Positions 5,591-5,791 of a DNA stretch of 5,791 nt are shown here, piece by piece. The number at the start of each line of letters is the position of its first letter. Within the stretch, counting starts at the first letter, position 1. Under the pieces are notes generated by a model. That model worked only from the letters and a program-made list of their open reading frames with translations, was not told the DNA's origin and ran no database searches. The stretch is from assembly GCF_001598795.1 (NCBI RefSeq), contig NZ_BCZP01000057.1:1-5791 (forward strand), given 5' to 3'. The translations under genes and the position numbers were made by a program. The DNA is from Delftia acidovorans NBRC 14950 (lineage in GTDB: Bacteria > Pseudomonadota > Gammaproteobacteria > Burkholderiales > Burkholderiaceae_C).

Positions 5591-5791
5591 AGGGTCAAGC
5601 CTCACGAGCAATTAGTACTGGTTAGCTTAACGCATTACTGCGCTTCCACACCCAGCCTATCAACGTCCTGGTCTTGAACGACTCTTCAGGGGGCTCAAGG
5701 CCCCGGCAGATCTCATCTTGAAACGAGTTTCCCGCTTAGATGCTTTCAGCGGTTATCTCTTCCACACTTAGCTACTCGGCAATCCACTGGC
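5591..5791 (-). rRNA. rrl: 23S ribosomal RNA, 3'-terminal ~200 nt (partial; continues beyond the right edge)
   Basis: The minus strand reads ...GCTGAAAGCATCTAAGCGGGAAACTCGTTTCAAGATGAGATCT...GACGTTGATAGGCTGGGTGTGGAAGCGCAGTAATGCGTTAAGCTAACCAGTACTAATTGCTCGTGAGGCTTGACCCT. This parallels the E. coli 23S 3' end block for block (GCTGAAAGCATCTAAGC ... GTTGATAGGCCGGGTGTGTAAGCGCAGCGATGCGTTGAGCTAACCGGTACTAATGAACCGTGAGGCTTAACCTT). The 3' boundary is accurate to about 3 nt. Confidence 0.95.

Noticed and set aside
5340-5791. The drop in GC content at the right end of the window, as a possible genomic-island boundary.
   Set aside because: The lower-GC stretch is rRNA (5S, spacer, 23S), which always departs from the genomic GC of high-GC bacteria. 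There are no integrase, tRNA attachment site or direct repeats.

Overview
This is a high-GC, betaproteobacterium-like chromosomal segment, possibly Burkholderiales/Comamonadaceae (a low-confidence impression from the 5S/23S sequence). Every gene I can support lies on the minus strand. In the direction of transcription (right to left) the window holds:
- the 3' end of an rrn operon: 23S 3' terminus 5791..5591, a spacer, and 5S rRNA 5468..5353;
- two intrinsic terminator hairpins (5339..5308 and 5215..5185) bracketing a 13-bp tandem repeat (5221..5280);
- a leucine/isovalerate catabolic cluster: the MerR-family regulator LiuR (5045..4644), a PaaI-type hotdog thioesterase, isovaleryl-CoA dehydrogenase, a Can-like beta-class carbonic anhydrase, the isocitrate dehydrogenase kinase/phosphatase AceK, and the first 110 codons of a thiolase that runs off the left edge and is absent from the supplied ORF track.
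liuR is flanked on both sides by near-identical 20-nt ACGT-rich palindromic boxes. All long plus-strand ORFs are antisense shadow ORFs of these genes.
I see no mobile element, CRISPR array, toxin- or defence-like gene, or orphan ORF. In my reading this is core metabolism plus rRNA, not a novel system. Four regulatory or organisational points deserve a second look:
1. can and aceK sit inside a LiuR-fronted ivd operon.
2. Paired operator boxes bracket liuR.
3. A thioesterase is the lead gene of the operon.
4. A repeat-containing double terminator separates rrn from liuR.
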